Assembly (NCBI GenBank): GCA_963828125.1 | Contig: CAWHDP010000002.1 | Coordinates: 64,001 to 128,000 of the forward strand | Direction of reading: 5' to 3' | DNA length: 64,000 bases | Origin: an uncultured Chlamydiae bacterium | GTDB taxonomy: Bacteria; Chlamydiota; Chlamydiia; Chlamydiales; SM23-39 | Part shown: piece by piece, positions 1-10,486 of the stretch | Layout of the letters: each line of letters opens with the position of its first letter | Position numbering within the stretch: position 1 is the stretch's first letter | Program-made: the position numbers and the translations under genes | Notes under the pieces: model-generated | Databases searched by the model: none | What the model was told of the DNA's origin: nothing | The model's input: only the letters and a program-made list of their open reading frames with translations

Positions 1-232
1 TCCGTTTGGCGAGCCGGTTCATGGGGATATAATCGCCGACGAGCCGATCGACTTTGACAGTAAAGCCCGTTTCTTCCAAAATTTCCCGAACAACCGCATT
101 CTCTGGACTCTCTCCAGGGTCGATGCCCCCTCCAGGGAGAACCCAAACGGGGACATCCCTCCGTTTAATGAGGAGGAGAGAGGCGCGGTCAGGAGAAAAA
201 ATAATGCCAGCGACGCTTTTGGGGAAGTTCAT
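1..232 (-). CDS. NUDIX hydrolase (runs off the window edge)
   Basis: Not in the ORF track. Manual translation from ATG 232 gives [57 protein letters not shown], which contains the Nudix box GX5EX7REUXEEXGU. Confidence 0.9.
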   Translation of the reverse strand, partial: MNFPKSVAGIIFSPDRASLLLIKRRDVPVWVLPGGGIDPGESPENAVVREILEETGFTVKVDRLVGDYIPMNRLAKR

Positions 233-656
233 CTGTTTGAGGATAGTCTGTTTTTCGATTTTGTCCACTCTATTTATGAGCTGTTATAAAGAGCACCTCT
301 ACGTGCAGCAGGAGTGGGTCGACCGGAATTTTTTGGCGAGCAGCCGAGTTGGAACGCCCGATCCGAGACAAGAGTCGCCGCCCACAGGGCAGAGGCTGCT
401 CGTCGCCTGGCGCTTTCCCTCCTTTCTCGCGGATCGGCGATTGAAGTTGGTTCTCACTGTCCGATTTTGGGATAATGAAGAGGAGGTGATCTCCCGTCCT
501 ATGCAGCAGGCCCGCGGCTACACCGCATTTAACTTCTTCAATGAGCGGATTTTGACCTACCGCATCCAAGTAGTCGACCAGGATGAGGAGATCCTTGAAA
601 CCTGGGAACACCAATTCTGGACAAAGCTCATCGATGTGGATCAGGCGGAATCTTGA
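54..656 (+). CDS. Putative lipoprotein, conserved chlamydial hypothetical; true start probably near 237
   Basis: Hydrophobic stretch ending LFMSC (lipobox-like). The first ~60 codons overlap the NUDIX gene and are probably not translated. Position next to valS resembles chlamydial synteny. Confidence 0.6.
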   Translation: MTVKPVSSKISRTTAFSGLSPGSMPPPGRTQTGTSLRLMRRREARSGEKIMPATLLGKFICLRIVCFSILSTLFMSCYKEHLYVQQEWVDRNFLASSRVGTPDPRQESPPTGQRLLVAWRFPSFLADRRLKLVLTVRFWDNEEEVISRPMQQARGYTAFNFFNERILTYRIQVVDQDEEILETWEHQFWTKLIDVDQAES

Positions 657-680
657 AATGGCCAAAGCCCAGTTGAACTG

Positions 681-3464
681 CTAATGAACCGCAGTATACC
701 TCAATTTTAATGCGATATCGGAGAGCTGTTTTTCTGTTTGGATGAGCGCCTGCTCTAATTTTTCAACGACCTCGCGCGGGGCCCGGGAACGGAACTCTTC
801 ATTGGCCAATTTCTCCCGAGTCGATGCCCGTACAAGTTCGAGTTTGTCCCGCTCTTTTTCGAGGCGCGCCCTCTCTTTGGCTTTGAACGATTCAGGGATC
901 GGGATCATCAATTTTAAAGACCCCACAAGGGCGCTTGCCCCGAAGGATTTTGGCTCCTCGCTGGTAAACTGGAGGTTTGAAGTTGGCGTCAGCCCCAGTA
1001 AAATATTCTGGTGCGCCTCGACCGTTTTCCAATCTTTTGGGGCGCCGAAAATGATCAATTCTGTTTTTTCTGACGGGGGGAGCTGCATTTCGGCGCGGAT
1101 ATTGCGCACTTGTCGGACGATTTCATTCATTTGTTGGAAGCTGGCCTCGATCCCTTTGTCCGCCTCGCCCATGACTGTCGGATATGGCGCGACGATGCAA
1201 GCAGGGGAGAGGAGGGCCCGAATCGTCTCTTCCGTGTAGAGATCGGCCCCTCCTGGTTTTAAACTGGAGAATTGAGCCTTTAAAAGGGAAAAAATCTCCT
1301 CGGTGATAAAAGGGGAGATAGGGTGCATGAGCCGGATCGCGTTGCAGAGGAGGATGACGAGGAGCCGCTGCTTATTCGCTTTCAGCTCTGGAGCGCCCCA
1401 TTTTCCAAACAAAACCGGCTTAGCCAGCTCCAGATAATTTGCGCAAAAATCGTTCCAGTAAAACTCATAGGCCCGTACGGCTGCCCGATCGAACGCGTAC
1501 TCTTCCAGACACCGGTTGATCTCTCCCGTCGTTCGGGCTAAAAGCGATAGAATCCACCGATCTTCGAGAGTCAACAACTCAAAATCGATCCCTTGAGCTA
1601 AACTTTCAGCGCTAAATCCTTCGAGATTCATGAATACAAAACGGGCGCCGTTCCAAACTTTATTGGCGAAGTTTTTATATTCTTCGAATCTTCGCCGGTC
1701 GAGATCGATTTGCCGCGCGTGGGTGACACTCGAACAGAGAGCAAGGCGCATGGCGTCGGTTCCATATTCATCGATGATTTCGAGAGGATCGATGATATTG
1801 CCCTTAGATTTGGACATTTTTTCCCACTTCGATTCCACCTCTTTTGGCAAAGCCTCTCCGAGATCGTATTTTTTTTTCTCTTCTGGCTTTACATAGGCGG
1901 GGCCTTGCGGCGTCTCTCGCCAGTATGATTTGCCATAGATAAGGCCGTGGAGAAAAGTCTTATGAAACGGAACTTGATGCATGACGTATTCACCCATCAT
2001 GATCATCCGGGCGACCCAAAAAAACAAAATATCGTGGCCCGTAATTAAAGTTGCAGTCGGATAGAATTTTTTTAAGTCGGCCGTTTTTTCAGGCCAGCCG
2101 AGAGCGCTGAAAGGCCAAAGGGCTGACGAAAACCATGTATCTAGGACGTCGGGATCTTGTTTCCAGTCCTCATCGATCCCCGGAGGATCTCCCTCTCCCT
2201 CGTAACAGATCATCTGATCGCCATGATGCCAAATCGGAATCCGATGGCCCCACCAAAGTTGGCGGGAGATGCACCAGTCGCGCAAGTTTTCAATCCAGTG
2301 GAAGTAAGTTTGTTCCCAGTGAGGGGGAATCAGCTCTACCCGTTTATCTCTGACCGCAGAGATCAGCTTTTCTTTGAAATGGCTCATTTTGACGAACCAC
2401 TGCTTGGAGAGGTAAGGCTGGATCACCGCTTTAGAGCGATAAGAGACCCCCACTCGGAGTTGATGGGGCTCTTTTTTCACGACGAGACCCTTCAAATCCC
2501 TTAAGACTGAGGCCCGCGCCTCCTCCATCGTTTGGCCCGCGTAGGCCCCCTCTTTGATATTTCCGTCCGGGGTCATGATATTCAGGCGAGGGAGTTTATG
2601 CCGTTCGGCCACTTCGAAGTCGTTGAAATCGTGCGCAGGCGTGATCTTAACGACCCCTGAACCGAACGTTGGATCGACAAACGGATCAGCGATGATTGGG
2701 ATCAATCGACCGGTTAAAGGGAGCCTGACCTCTCGTCCAATAAGATCTGCATACCGCTCATCTGTGGGATGGACTGCCACCGCTGTATCGCCCAGCATCG
2801 TTTCTGGCCGCGTTGTCGCGATGATCACCCGCCCTCCGCCGACCACTGGATATTCGATATGCCACAAAAACGAATCTCGCTCCTCGTGTTCCACCTCGTC
2901 ATCGGAAAGGGCTGTTTGGGTTACAGGATCCCAATTGACCAAGTAGTCGCCTCGGTAGATGAACCCTTCATCGTACATTTTCTTAAAGCAGCTCCGCACA
3001 GCCCGATTGCACCCTTCATCCATGGTGAACCGAAGCCTGGACCAATCGCAAGAGCAGCCAAGCCTTTTCAGCTGGCCCAAAATTTGCCCCTCACTGAGCT
3101 CCTTCCATGCCCACACATGGGTCAGAAACTCCTCTCTCTCAAAATCTTTGCGCCGCTTCCCTGTTTTTGCATATAAGTTCCTCTCAACGACCGTTTGCGT
3201 CGCAATGCCTGCATGATCGGTTCCTGGAATCCAAAGGGCTTCAAAGCCGCACATCCGCTTCCATCGGATCAAAATATCTTGGAGCGTGTCGACGAGGGCA
3301 TGCCCCATATGGAGTACCCCCGTCACGTTTGGTGGGGGGATTACGATGCAAAAAGGGGGTTTTTCTGATCCGGGATCGGCAGAGAAGTAGCCCCCCTTCT
3401 CCCAGAAGGCATACCACTTCCCTTCAATGAGTCCCGGATCAAAAGCTTTCGGCAGGTCATTCAT
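681..3464 (-). CDS. valS: Valine--tRNA ligase
   Basis: PPPNVTGVLHMGH (HIGH), KMSKS, DWCISRQLWWGHRIP, C-terminal coiled-coil arm. Confidence 0.99.
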   Translation of the reverse strand: MNDLPKAFDPGLIEGKWYAFWEKGGYFSADPGSEKPPFCIVIPPPNVTGVLHMGHALVDTLQDILIRWKRMCGFEALWIPGTDHAGIATQTVVERNLYAKTGKRRKDFEREEFLTHVWAWKELSEGQILGQLKRLGCSCDWSRLRFTMDEGCNRAVRSCFKKMYDEGFIYRGDYLVNWDPVTQTALSDDEVEHEERDSFLWHIEYPVVGGGRVIIATTRPETMLGDTAVAVHPTDERYADLIGREVRLPLTGRLIPIIADPFVDPTFGSGVVKITPAHDFNDFEVAERHKLPRLNIMTPDGNIKEGAYAGQTMEEARASVLRDLKGLVVKKEPHQLRVGVSYRSKAVIQPYLSKQWFVKMSHFKEKLISAVRDKRVELIPPHWEQTYFHWIENLRDWCISRQLWWGHRIPIWHHGDQMICYEGEGDPPGIDEDWKQDPDVLDTWFSSALWPFSALGWPEKTADLKKFYPTATLITGHDILFFWVARMIMMGEYVMHQVPFHKTFLHGLIYGKSYWRETPQGPAYVKPEEKKKYDLGEALPKEVESKWEKMSKSKGNIIDPLEIIDEYGTDAMRLALCSSVTHARQIDLDRRRFEEYKNFANKVWNGARFVFMNLEGFSAESLAQGIDFELLTLEDRWILSLLARTTGEINRCLEEYAFDRAAVRAYEFYWNDFCANYLELAKPVLFGKWGAPELKANKQRLLVILLCNAIRLMHPISPFITEEIFSLLKAQFSSLKPGGADLYTEETIRALLSPACIVAPYPTVMGEADKGIEASFQQMNEIVRQVRNIRAEMQLPPSEKTELIIFGAPKDWKTVEAHQNILLGLTPTSNLQFTSEEPKSFGASALVGSLKLMIPIPESFKAKERARLEKERDKLELVRASTREKLANEEFRSRAPREVVEKLEQALIQTEKQLSDIALKLRYTAVH

Positions 3465-3475
3465 GACGTATCGGC

Positions 3476-4135
3476 TTATATATCAGATGGAGTCGGGGGT
3501 TGTTTTGCTCTGGTGTTCGTTGCATGATCTCGAATTTCCCATTCGCCTCTGTGCGAGGGGGATTCATCTCTACAGATATATGCACCAAGCTCCCCAATCT
3601 GTCTTAGAGTACCTTGATTTTGCCTACTTGGCAGCTCTGACAATATGGTTTCTTGTATCCTTTGGCATGAAGCTTTTTTTGGCTCCCATAGCGATCTATA
3701 TTCATTTGGCACAATTTTACATTCAAATGTGTTTTTCGGAGGTTCAGTCTGTTCGAGACGCCATGCCGGACTCTTGCTCACGGCTATGAAACACCGCCAA
3801 TGCCCAACTTCGGCTGGATCTGGACTTGTTCCCGAAAAAACTAGAATCTTTTTATTCTTATCAAAACTTAATCCGTAATTATGGCTGTGTGCATATAAAA
3901 TTATCTGGTCGATCACGTCAGCAAACAACGTTCCAAAACGTTCCTTTAGGTAGTCTTTGGGGAATTCATAAGTCAGACGATGATTAGCCCTGTGTCCAAG
4001 CTCCTTAAAATAGTTTTCCTCTAGCACTTTCTGCAATGGCTCTAATACGTTCGAAGGGTCCCCTCCGTTCATCTCTGATTGGATCGTTTGTTGCGGCTGG
4101 TTTCCGAATTCGCTGGACGCTCTGCTTACCGTCAT
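3476..4135 (-). CDS. Orphan protein B (219 aa), effector-like, diverged paralog of 4446-5018
   Basis: GGAGG RBS before ATG 4135 (MTVSRASSEFG). AT-rich. The upstream part of the track ORF is valS-copy and leader sequence. Confidence 0.65.
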   Translation of the reverse strand: MTVSRASSEFGNQPQQTIQSEMNGGDPSNVLEPLQKVLEENYFKELGHRANHRLTYEFPKDYLKERFGTLFADVIDQIILYAHSHNYGLSFDKNKKILVFSGTSPDPAEVGHWRCFIAVSKSPAWRLEQTEPPKNTFECKIVPNEYRSLWEPKKASCQRIQETILSELPSRQNQGTLRQIGELGAYICRDESPSHRGEWEIRDHATNTRAKQPPTPSDI

Positions 4136-4143
4136 ATCACCAC

Positions 4144-4246
4144 CTCCATTTAGAATGGTACAGCCGAGATCTTGCCATGCGGGGTCATTAAAGATCAATG
4201 AAAAAATGGGTTTCCCACATCTTTCCACCTTTTTATTTTTGGATTT
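4144..4246. repeat. 103-bp direct repeat of 5027-5129 (upstream leader/RBS module)
   Basis: Identical to 5027-5129 except 3 substitutions by eye. Each copy lies just upstream of an orphan ORF. Confidence 0.95.
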
Positions 4247-4446
4247 TCGGATCAAAATATCTTGGAACGTGTCGACAAGAGCATGCCCCATATGGAGCAC
4301 CCCCGTCACGTTTGGCGGGGGATTACGATGCAAAAAGGGGGTTTTTCTGATCTGGGATCGGCAGAGAAGTAGCCCCCCTTCTCCCAGAAGGCATACCACT
4401 TCCCTTCAATGAGTCCCAGATCAAAAGCTTTCGGCAGCTCGGTCAT
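4247..4446 (-). pseudogene. valS: Duplicated, frameshifted 5' fragment of valS (copy of 3264-3464)
   Basis: About 10 substitutions plus a 1-nt deletion in the G run at ~4317-4321. Reads MTELPKAFDLGLIEGKWYAFWEK.../PNVTGVLHMGHALVDTFQDILIR and then runs into the leader repeat. Confidence 0.92.
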
Positions 4447-5018
4447 CATTTATGGATCCTTGATACGAGTGTTGAACCAAAGGCGTACAGCCCATCTGCA
4501 TAGGTAGCATCAAGGACGCCATAGCCGCCGTTGATGGTGCTACGTTGGGGTTGAAATAGAAATTTGGGATCTTCTTCTCCGCTTGTTATGTCAATCCATT
4601 GCCAACTAGCGTTTTCGGGTTTTCTCAAATTAAATATCTGATTCCTGAGCTCTTCTTTCTCTTCCTTTGTGACATTTGGTTTAGAAAAAATAACAATATA
4701 ATTTTGTTCATTGAAAGTTGGCTGGAAAAACTTCTTGGTTGCAAGGGCTTCAATAGCTTGGGCTGTAGATTCCCAAAGCTTCCCATGACGCTTTACTATT
4801 GTGTTAACAAACACATTATCTGGAGGCATCAGAGCATGAGTAGCGCTATATGAAAGCTGGACGAGATATCGCTGCCATGATATGGACTCTGTCGATTCTA
4901 TGGACCGTGACTGTTGTATTGGAACAAGGGACAGAGGCGTCTCCGTGGCGTCTACATGGGGTTCCTGGTGGAAGAACTCCTGTGGCTGTGATGCTGATGT
5001 GGGTCGCGTTGCTTGCAT
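4446..5018 (-). CDS. Orphan protein A (190 aa), effector-like, diverged paralog of 3476-4135
   Basis: GGAG RBS before ATG 5018 (MQATRPTSASQ). S/T/P/Q-rich N-terminus. Its stop overlaps the ATG of the valS copy. Confidence 0.65.
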   Translation of the reverse strand: MQATRPTSASQPQEFFHQEPHVDATETPLSLVPIQQSRSIESTESISWQRYLVQLSYSATHALMPPDNVFVNTIVKRHGKLWESTAQAIEALATKKFFQPTFNEQNYIVIFSKPNVTKEEKEELRNQIFNLRKPENASWQWIDITSGEEDPKFLFQPQRSTINGGYGVLDATYADGLYAFGSTLVSRIHK

Positions 5019-5127
5019 ATCATTATCTCCATTTAGAATAATATAGCCGAGATCTTGCCATGCGGGGTCATTAAAGATCAATGAAAAAATGGGTTTCCCA
5101 CATCTTTCCACCTTTTTATTTTTGGAT

Positions 5128-7602
5128 TTACGGTTTTTTCCCTACGGACCGATAAAAGAGTTCGATTTGCCGGTGCAGTTCTTTTTTTTCCCACCAGAAG
5201 GCGTGTTCTATCCATCCTTCGAGCCGGTTGGTGAGAAAAAGGCTTGGGAGGGCGGTCGTTGGGGGGTAGGGGGTTTCCAGAACCGATCCGAAGTGGCGGA
5301 AGGCGGCGTCTCTCCCTTCGGTCAAGTAGAGATAGGCTCCGTAGGGGAAGTGGAGCGGCGAGGTCTCTTGCACGATCTCTTCGGGAAATCGGTCGAAGAC
5401 GGCCTTGGCCTCGGCTATTTTTTGGCTGAGGAGATGATTCCAGACGACCAAGGTCTTTTTCTTCCTCGGTTTTCTCGGCGCAAATTTTTGCAGGGCGTCA
5501 GACGCTTCCAACTCTTGCAAACAGACCAAGGCGTTGTTGAATAGCACCTCATTTTCTTGCACGCTTTGCGCGATCTCGACTAAAATGGGGACTTTGGCCA
5601 GCCAAAAAGCGAGAAGGATGGCGATTGAATTGAGCCGGTCGTCGCACTTTTCAATAAAGGGGAGCCGCTCCCAATTTTTCTCTAGGCTCTCGATGAGATG
5701 GCGCGTGTCTGGGTTTTCCAAAAGATCGGGGATGTGGCGGATGGCGAGGAGAATAATCCTATAGGCCGATTCCCGATTATTGAGCGAACTTTCATGCATC
5801 CGGTAGACGATGTGTTCCTTGAGCATAGGGAGCAGCGGATGGTTCGGGAATTTCCGGAGCGCCAGTTCTAAACATTTTGCCTCCTCTTCGACGTCTCCGA
5901 GCGTTTCATAGACGAGCGACTTGCCCAAATATTCAAGGGGCGCGCCTGGAGTCCGGTATAATTTCTCGAACTCTTTTAGCGCCAGGTGATAGAGCTGGTC
6001 GTTTTCTTCCGCTCGCGCTTTTTCGATGAGGGTCAGGCCGGCTCGGAAAAGGGCTTCACGTCCTTCGATTCGACCTGGAAATGACTGGCCGATTCGTCGA
6101 TATTCCTGGAGGGCCGTGTCGTAGAGTTTGTGGCTTAAAAATGCATTCGGTACCGCTAGGCAGCCCACCATTGCGTTGTGGCTCGCGTCGTACACCTTTA
6201 AATTCTTCAGCTCAAAATCCCCATCCTTATGAAGGAGCCCTACGTGGTTGCCGGCAAGCGGCAAGTGGCTTGCGAAATTGATCTTCAACTTCCCGTCGAC
6301 GAAAAATTTCAAATGGTCGTCGACTTTTTCGATGGTGATCTGGTGCCATGTTTTCGGCTGCAAAATCTTTGCCTCCATGAGCTGCACATTGTTTCGGAAT
6401 AATTTGCATCCTGCGTGAGAGGTCCAAAGACAGTACCCTTCTTCCAAGCTATGCCGCTCTTCGGGAACGCTGAGCAAAAATCCAAGGCCATGCCCTTTTT
6501 CGCTCAAACGAACCTCTGCTTCGAGCCGCATATTATTGGCAAAGGCCCCTTTCGAGATCATCAATTCAGCCCACTCGGTTACATCCAGGCTGCGGGTGAT
6601 TGCGATGTTTTTCGCAAGGAGAATATTTTCCTGAAACTGCCAATCTTCTTTCCGATCCAGCTTTAACTCCGCAGATAAAATCCATTCGGGGCGTCCTTCG
6701 ATGTAGCTTTTGATTTCGTTGATCAGCGCAAGGGCTGTCTTGTAGCGATCCTGTTCCGAACGGGCCAAACATTTCCGGCATACCTCGGATAATTGATGCG
6801 GAATATCTCGATAAGGGGCCATTTCGATCGGATCGATGAGCTGCTCAGTGCGCACCTGTTTGCGGAATGCGGCGATCGTCTTTCTCAGAAAAGGGAGCTG
6901 CAGTGTCAGCATCTGATACAAAATCACCCCGAGCGCGTAGAGATCGGTTTGCACAGACGATGATTTGCCCATCAGCCGTTCCGGCGCCATATAAGCGAGC
7001 GTTCCGGTGATTTTGCCCGGACGGGTCAAATCTTCTCCTGAAATCCTATTTTCCGGCAGAGGTTCGTCCTCTCCGATATGGTCGATGAAATCGGCGATCC
7101 CCCAATCGAGAATCATCACCTCGCCGTATTTACCGATGATGATGTTTTCCGGTTTGAGGTCGCGGTGCAAAATCCCTTTTGAGTGAGTGTAGGCGATGGC
7201 TTCGCAAATTTGGAGAAAAATACGGGCCAGAGAGGGGATCGATTTGATGATTGGATGGATCTCCTGATCCTGATGGGTCCGGAGGATTTGGCGGAGGGTG
7301 ACCCCGTCGACAAAAGGCATTGTGTAGTAGACGTCGGGCGGGTGCGTCTGGATCGCTAAAATCGGGACAATCGACGGATGGCTGAGAGCGCTAGCTACTT
7401 GAGCCTCCCGCAAAAAACGGTTTTGAATCGTCTTATTTAATCTCAGCTCGGGCCGGATCCTTTTGAGAGCGACTCGCCTTCCGCACATCGGATCTTCGGC
7501 AAGGTAGACTTCACCCATGCCCCCTGTGCCCAAGCTTTGGATGATCGCATAGGGGCCGATCGCATTTGGAGGTTTGATTTTTGCTTTTCCCATCTTGAGC
7601 AT
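5128..7602 (-). CDS. pknD: Hanks-type Ser/Thr protein kinase, PknD-like, with beta-rich and TPR-like C-terminal regions
   Basis: GTGGMGEVY, VALK, HRDLKPEN, LDWG, GTLAYMAPE. Adjacent to valS as in chlamydiae. Confidence 0.85.
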   Translation of the reverse strand: MLKMGKAKIKPPNAIGPYAIIQSLGTGGMGEVYLAEDPMCGRRVALKRIRPELRLNKTIQNRFLREAQVASALSHPSIVPILAIQTHPPDVYYTMPFVDGVTLRQILRTHQDQEIHPIIKSIPSLARIFLQICEAIAYTHSKGILHRDLKPENIIIGKYGEVMILDWGIADFIDHIGEDEPLPENRISGEDLTRPGKITGTLAYMAPERLMGKSSSVQTDLYALGVILYQMLTLQLPFLRKTIAAFRKQVRTEQLIDPIEMAPYRDIPHQLSEVCRKCLARSEQDRYKTALALINEIKSYIEGRPEWILSAELKLDRKEDWQFQENILLAKNIAITRSLDVTEWAELMISKGAFANNMRLEAEVRLSEKGHGLGFLLSVPEERHSLEEGYCLWTSHAGCKLFRNNVQLMEAKILQPKTWHQITIEKVDDHLKFFVDGKLKINFASHLPLAGNHVGLLHKDGDFELKNLKVYDASHNAMVGCLAVPNAFLSHKLYDTALQEYRRIGQSFPGRIEGREALFRAGLTLIEKARAEENDQLYHLALKEFEKLYRTPGAPLEYLGKSLVYETLGDVEEEAKCLELALRKFPNHPLLPMLKEHIVYRMHESSLNNRESAYRIILLAIRHIPDLLENPDTRHLIESLEKNWERLPFIEKCDDRLNSIAILLAFWLAKVPILVEIAQSVQENEVLFNNALVCLQELEASDALQKFAPRKPRKKKTLVVWNHLLSQKIAEAKAVFDRFPEEIVQETSPLHFPYGAYLYLTEGRDAAFRHFGSVLETPYPPTTALPSLFLTNRLEGWIEHAFWWEKKELHRQIELFYRSVGKKP

Positions 7603-7657
7603 CGTTCATGCCATAACCTCCACAAATACGCCAGCGAATTTTCTTTTTCAAAAAAAG

Positions 7658-8332
7658 TTAACGAATTTCGGTTTTCCCATCGGGGTATCCGACGATGACT
7701 CTTCCCGCCAAATCGAAGAAAAAGCCGGTGTCTACGACTCCAGGGATGTTGATGATCGCCTCATCGAGCGCTTCTGGGGCTTTGGGCGGCGAATCAAACG
7801 CGACGTCTAAAAGCAAATTGCCGTTTTCGGTAATGAATAAGGTCTCGTCTTCATTCATCCTCCACCTTCCCAGATAGCCGAGCTCCTCGATTTTCATCCG
7901 AGTGGCCGGAGAGCCGTAAAATAAAATTTCGACGGGGAGTTTGCCTCTCCCCACTGTTGGAACGAGTTTGCCATTGTCTACAATGACGACCATCTCGGCG
8001 CTGCTGCTGGCTAAAATTTTTTCTCGCACATGCGCTCCGCCGCCCCCTTTAATCATCCTCTTTTTCGGGTCGATCTCATCGGCCCCGTCCACCGTGACGT
8101 CGATCCGGGGAACCTCATTGATATCGAGAACCTCGATCCCCCCCTTTATTGCAAGATCGGCGGAGGCTCTCGAACTGGAGACCGCTTGGATCCGGAGCCC
8201 TTTCCGGCAGCGCTCTATTAAGCTGCGGATAAAACACTCCGCCGTAGATCCGGAGCCCAGTCCGACAATCATCCCATTCTGAATCCACTCAGCGGCTTTT
8301 CGGCCCGCCGCAGCCTTCGCTTCTTCTGACAT
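7658..8332 (-). CDS. rpiA: Ribose-5-phosphate isomerase A
   Basis: GLGSGST, DGADE, KGGGGA, REK motifs. Confidence 0.98.
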   Translation of the reverse strand: MSEEAKAAAGRKAAEWIQNGMIVGLGSGSTAECFIRSLIERCRKGLRIQAVSSSRASADLAIKGGIEVLDINEVPRIDVTVDGADEIDPKKRMIKGGGGAHVREKILASSSAEMVVIVDNGKLVPTVGRGKLPVEILFYGSPATRMKIEELGYLGRWRMNEDETLFITENGNLLLDVAFDSPPKAPEALDEAIINIPGVVDTGFFFDLAGRVIVGYPDGKTEIR

Positions 8333-8405
8333 ACGCCTCAGTATACAAAAAATATAGAATTTTAAATCAAATTTTTATAAGCTGCGCTGGTCAAGGAGGT
8401 CCTGA

Positions 8406-8720
8406 ATGGCCGCAGCACAACCAGAAGAAAAACCGATCGCTCCTGAAAGTTTAAAGACAAAACGGGCCAGAGAAAAACTGGTCAAACAGTGGAAAGCGGA
8501 AGAAGAGCTCATCACCCCCAAAGCGCTGAAGGAAACGACCGATAAAATCCACAAGTGGATTGCCGATAACGCCAAACACCGGCTCCCTATTAAAAAAGAG
8601 ACCAATATCAGGCTTTTTAACCAAAATAAAGATCCCGCAGGAATCAGCAAAAAAATCCATCTTTTTGCTGAAAAGTTGAAGGCCGATATGGAACACCTCA
8701 GCAGAGCTTTCGATCCATGA
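8406..8720 (+). CDS. Hypothetical basic protein (104 aa)
   Basis: AGGAGG RBS, ATG start, fills the rpiA-tyrS gap. Confidence 0.65.
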   Translation: MAAAQPEEKPIAPESLKTKRAREKLVKQWKAEEELITPKALKETTDKIHKWIADNAKHRLPIKKETNIRLFNQNKDPAGISKKIHLFAEKLKADMEHLSRAFDP

Positions 8721-8792
8721 GCCATTTGCATGACTGTATGAAAGCGGCTGATCCGTCTTGATGTAAAACGTTTTTTGCGTTACAATCGCCTC

Positions 8793-10055
8793 ATGAAAAA
8801 TGTGATTGATCTCTTAGAGGAACGGGGCTTCATCGACCAGATGACGCACGCCGATCTCCGTTTGCGGGTGAATCAACCGATCAAGGCTTATGTCGGTTTT
8901 GATCCGACGGCAGATAGCCTCCATTTGGGCAATTTGGTGCCGATTATGGGACTCGCGTGGTTTCAGAAGTGCGGCCACACCCCTTTTGCGATTTTGGGGG
9001 GGGCAACCGGTTTGATTGGCGATCCATCGGGGAAAAGCGTAGAGAGAAATCTCCTCGATCCGGACACTCTGGCCCGTAATGGGCGCTGTCTGGAGGCGTT
9101 TTTCAAAAAAATTCTCGATTTTCCCGAAGGGCCTCGGCCTGTGATTCTCAATAACAACGATTGGCTGGGGAAATTCAGTCTAGTCGATTTCCTCAGAGAT
9201 GTAGGAAAACATTTTCGGATTGGCCCGATGATGGCTAAAGAGATGGTTCGAACGAGGCTCCAGTCGGAAGAGGGGATGAGCTTCACCGAATTTAGCTATC
9301 AAATTTTGCAAGGGTATGATTTTTATTACTTGTGCAAAGAGTATGGAGTGACTTTGCAAATGGGGGCAAGCGATCAGTGGGGCAACATCACGGCTGGCGC
9401 CGAGTACAACCGGAAACTGGGCGGAGAGACGCTGTATGGGTTGACTTTTCCCCTTTTGACGCGAAGCGACGGGAAAAAATTCGGCAAGAGCGAAGAGGGG
9501 GCGATTTGGCTTTCGAGCGCTAAGCTGAGTCCGTATCAGTTTTACCAGTATTTGATAAAAATTTCGGACGCCGATGTGATCCGTCTATTGAAAATGCTCA
9601 CTTTTCTCGAAATGGGGGAGATTCAGGAGATCGAAGCGGGAATGAGCGTCGCCAATAGCGCTCAAAGGCGGCTGGCTGAGGAGGTGACTCGGTTTGTTCA
9701 TGGCGAAGAGGGGCTCAAGGCTGCGTTGAAGGTGACCGAGGGGATGGCGCCGGGGAGCGAGGCCTCTTTGAGCGGATCTGTTTTGAAGGAACTGGCTGCT
9801 GATATGCCGAGCGCCGAATTATCTTTAGGTGAGGTGATTGGACAGAGGTATGTCGATATTGCTGTCCGGGTCGGGCTTGTTTCGAGCAAGTCGGAAGGGG
9901 TAAAGCTGATCAAAAACGGCGGCGCTTATCTCAATAACGGGAGGGTCGTCGATCCGGCTTTTCTCATTTCGATGAAAGATCTGATCGATCATTCCTATCT
10001 TCTCTTCAGCGTCGGCAAAAAAAAGCGTCTCTTAATCCAGATATCTAAAAATTGA
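8793..10055 (+). CDS. tyrS: Tyrosine--tRNA ligase
   Basis: YVGFDPTADSLHLGN, DQWGNI, KFGKS, C-terminal S4-like domain. Confidence 0.99.
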   Translation: MKNVIDLLEERGFIDQMTHADLRLRVNQPIKAYVGFDPTADSLHLGNLVPIMGLAWFQKCGHTPFAILGGATGLIGDPSGKSVERNLLDPDTLARNGRCLEAFFKKILDFPEGPRPVILNNNDWLGKFSLVDFLRDVGKHFRIGPMMAKEMVRTRLQSEEGMSFTEFSYQILQGYDFYYLCKEYGVTLQMGASDQWGNITAGAEYNRKLGGETLYGLTFPLLTRSDGKKFGKSEEGAIWLSSAKLSPYQFYQYLIKISDADVIRLLKMLTFLEMGEIQEIEAGMSVANSAQRRLAEEVTRFVHGEEGLKAALKVTEGMAPGSEASLSGSVLKELAADMPSAELSLGEVIGQRYVDIAVRVGLVSSKSEGVKLIKNGGAYLNNGRVVDPAFLISMKDLIDHSYLLFSVGKKKRLLIQISKN

Positions 10056-10196
10056 TTTGAAAAATATTCGGTAACCGTTATTTTGAACTCGTGAACCCCT
10101 TTACAAAATGAGTTTGGGGCTGCGGTTCCAAAAAAGGAGACAAACAGCTTGTCTGAAAATCAAGAAAGTATTCAAAGCCAAAAGAGGAGCGCTGAC

Positions 10197-10481
10197 ATGG
10201 CGACTATTACCAAAAAGAAGCTGATCCAAACGATATCCACATCAAAGGGATTGCATCCCAATGATGTTCGAAACGTCATTCAGGCTTTCCTCGATGCGAT
10301 GACCGATACCCTTTCCCAAGGCGACCGGCTCGAATTTCGCGATTTTGGAGTGTTTGAAATTGTAGAGAGAAAGCAAAAAATCGGCCGAAATCCGAAAAAC
10401 GCTTCGGTCGCGATTGTGATCCCTGCGCGCAAAGCTGTCAAATTTACTCCTGGCAAGAAAATGCGGAAACTTATTGAATAG
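10197..10481 (+). CDS. ihfA: Integration host factor / HU-family DNA-binding protein
   Basis: GAGGAG RBS. LEFRDFGVFE...IGRNPK...IPARKAVKFTPGK. Confidence 0.9.
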   Translation: MATITKKKLIQTISTSKGLHPNDVRNVIQAFLDAMTDTLSQGDRLEFRDFGVFEIVERKQKIGRNPKNASVAIVIPARKAVKFTPGKKMRKLIE

Positions 10482-10486
10482 TTCCC

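Noticed and set aside
3476..4399. 307-aa ValS-HIGH-motif fusion protein from the ORF track
   Set aside because: Its N-terminus is the frameshifted valS copy plus the leader repeat. The RBS supports the start at 4135.
7570..7620. Possible frameshifted pknD start (RBS then MNDAQDGKSKNQ in another frame)
   Set aside because: In-frame ATGs exist at 7602 and 7593. It cannot be resolved without reads.
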